Source of the DNA: Isosphaeraceae bacterium
GTDB lineage: Bacteria > Planctomycetota > Planctomycetia > Isosphaerales > Isosphaeraceae
Direction: 5' to 3'
Assembly: GCA_965201075.1 (NCBI GenBank)
Contig: CBDAVP010000011.1
Coordinates: 1-64,000 of the forward strand
Length of the DNA stretch: 64,000 nucleotides
A program made the translations under genes and the position numbers. Positions 62,602-64,000 of the stretch are shown piece by piece. Position 1 is the stretch's first letter. The number at the start of each line of letters is the position of its first letter. Below the pieces are notes generated by a model, which saw only the letters and a list, made by a program, of their open reading frames with translations, was not told the origin of the DNA and did no database searches.

Positions 62602-63105
62602 ATGCCCTCGCATCGCGTTCAGCGCGTGGCCGAGGCGATCCGCGAGGTCGTCTCCGCGGCCGTCCTTTTCGACGTCGCCGACCCCCGTGTCCGCTCCGTC
62701 ACGGTCCTGAACGTCGAGGTTTCCGGCGACCTGCGCAATGCCACGATCAACGTGTCGGTCATGGGAACCGAACCCGAACAGACCCTGTCCTTGCGAGGCC
62801 TGCGACACGCCACCAGTTTCCTGAGGTCCAAGGTCGCCAAGCGTCTTCAGATGCGTCACACCCCGGAACTCGTCTTCAAGCTGGACGACAGCGTTAAGAA
62901 GTCGATCGCCATCTCCCAGCTCATCGATGAGGCCCTCGCCAGCGACCGCCAGGGCAAGGAAGAGCCCCCAACCTTGCCAGCCGCCGCCGACGCCGATCCC
63001 GCTCCGGATCACGCTGAGGACTCTGAGGACGACGAAGGCGACGAGGACTTTGAGGACGACGAGGACGAGGACCGGAAGTCGTTGCCGATCGACATCCGGG
63101 ATTGA
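62602..63105 (+). CDS. rbfA: ribosome-binding factor A with acidic tail
   Basis: RVQRVAEAIRE, DPRV, VEVSGDL, RHTPELVFKLD; follows infB. Confidence 0.95.
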   Translation: MPSHRVQRVAEAIREVVSAAVLFDVADPRVRSVTVLNVEVSGDLRNATINVSVMGTEPEQTLSLRGLRHATSFLRSKVAKRLQMRHTPELVFKLDDSVKKSIAISQLIDEALASDRQGKEEPPTLPAAADADPAPDHAEDSEDDEGDEDFEDDEDEDRKSLPIDIRD

Positions 63106-63331
63106 TTGGTCGCCAGCCCCAACGTCGCCGGCCTTTCGTCAACCAGCGTCAACACCTCCTGATTGGGCATCTTAGCAGTGGGCGAATCCTCTTCGGTCCG
63201 GGATCACCCCGCCTGTCCTCGACTCTCGAACTCGACCGCCCTGACCTGATCCGACCCGAACCGAACCGAACCGCCGCCGGGGCCGTCCCCGAGAGATCCA
63301 CGCCAAGACACTCCAGCGAGACGCGACGCTC

Positions 63332-64000
63332 ATGGCCGCATCCAGTAAGGCTCAGTTCCTGAGCGAAGTTCACGCCGTTTTGAAGAAGCGCTACACGCTG
63401 GAGCCCAGCCCCGAACGCCTACCGATTTTGGAGGCGGTCGTTTACGGGATCTGCCACGAAGGAGTCACCCGCGAGCAGGCCAACCAGGCCCTTTCACGGT
63501 TCAAGGATGACTTCTTCGACTGGAACGAGGTGCGTGTCAGCTCGATCGAGGAGATCCAGGACGCCCTGTCCGGCTTGCCCGAGGCGGAATCTCGGGCCTA
63601 TCGGGTCCGGCGGTTCCTCCGCCAAATGTTCGAGAAAACTTATGGGTTCACGCTGGAGGCCCTGACCAAAAAGCCGCAAAAGGAGGCGAGCAAATCCCTT
63701 GAGGAGTATGAGGCCCTCTCCTCCGACTACGTCATGGCCACGGTGGTCCTCGAAGGGCTGGGCGGGCACGCGATCCCGGTGGACGGGCCGACCCTGCGTG
63801 GGCTGACCCGACTGGGGGTCGCCGAGGAGCAATCGACGACCGAGGACGTCCGCTCGTCCCTGGAACGCGCCGTGCCCAAGAATCGCGGGCATGAGTTCGC
63901 CGACCTGATGGAAGAATTGACGCACGATACCTGCATTGCCGGGCCGCCCGACTGCCCGCGCTGCGACTTGCGCAAGATGTGTCCCACCGGTCTGACCCGC
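63332..64000 (+). CDS. endonuclease III-like HhH-GPD protein with [4Fe-4S] motif (runs off the window end)
   Basis: manual translation MAASSKAQF...FFDWNEVRVS...HAIPVD...CIAGPPDCPRCDLRKMC (C-x6-C-x2-C-x5-C); absent from the ORF track. Confidence 0.85.
   Translation, partial: MAASSKAQFLSEVHAVLKKRYTLEPSPERLPILEAVVYGICHEGVTREQANQALSRFKDDFFDWNEVRVSSIEEIQDALSGLPEAESRAYRVRRFLRQMFEKTYGFTLEALTKKPQKEASKSLEEYEALSSDYVMATVVLEGLGGHAIPVDGPTLRGLTRLGVAEEQSTTEDVRSSLERAVPKNRGHEFADLMEELTHDTCIAGPPDCPRCDLRKMCPTGLTR

Overview
GC-rich chromosomal segment from a planctomycete, probably Isosphaeraceae. This is inferred from the DUF1559 prepilin-like protein, the cytochrome-c/DUF1549/DUF1553 plus DUF1501 pair, a PEP-CTERM protein and a Hanks-type Ser/Thr kinase. 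About 55 genes can be supported. They include an accessory fabF-ACP-acyltransferase cluster, a sigma54-driven PEP-CTERM metalloprotease-like protein, an Rrf2-led sulfate ABC operon with a candidate operator, and an HTTM (SdpB-like) plus partner pair divergent from a Cys-Tyr repeat protein. Further on are an M16 peptidase, leuB, a ferredoxin, a cyclophilin, a giant TPR protein, an nfeD...nfeD-floA locus interrupted by a toxin-antitoxin pair and a GT-C glycosyltransferase, purE-purK-batA-batB, queE, tatD and nusA-infB-rbfA. Manual reading found features the ORF track misses: a nonsense-inactivated toxin, a frameshifted or start-less queE, an RND-adaptor pseudogene remnant, an EndoIII-like gene running off the window end, two sigma54 promoters and overlapping divergent sigma70 promoters. 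The best candidate for an undescribed system is the HTTM/partner/Cys-Tyr-repeat locus (12.3-15.0 kb), which remains a hypothesis. No rRNA, tRNA, CRISPR array, transposase or prophage was recognised. All family assignments come from motif recognition by eye, not database searches.
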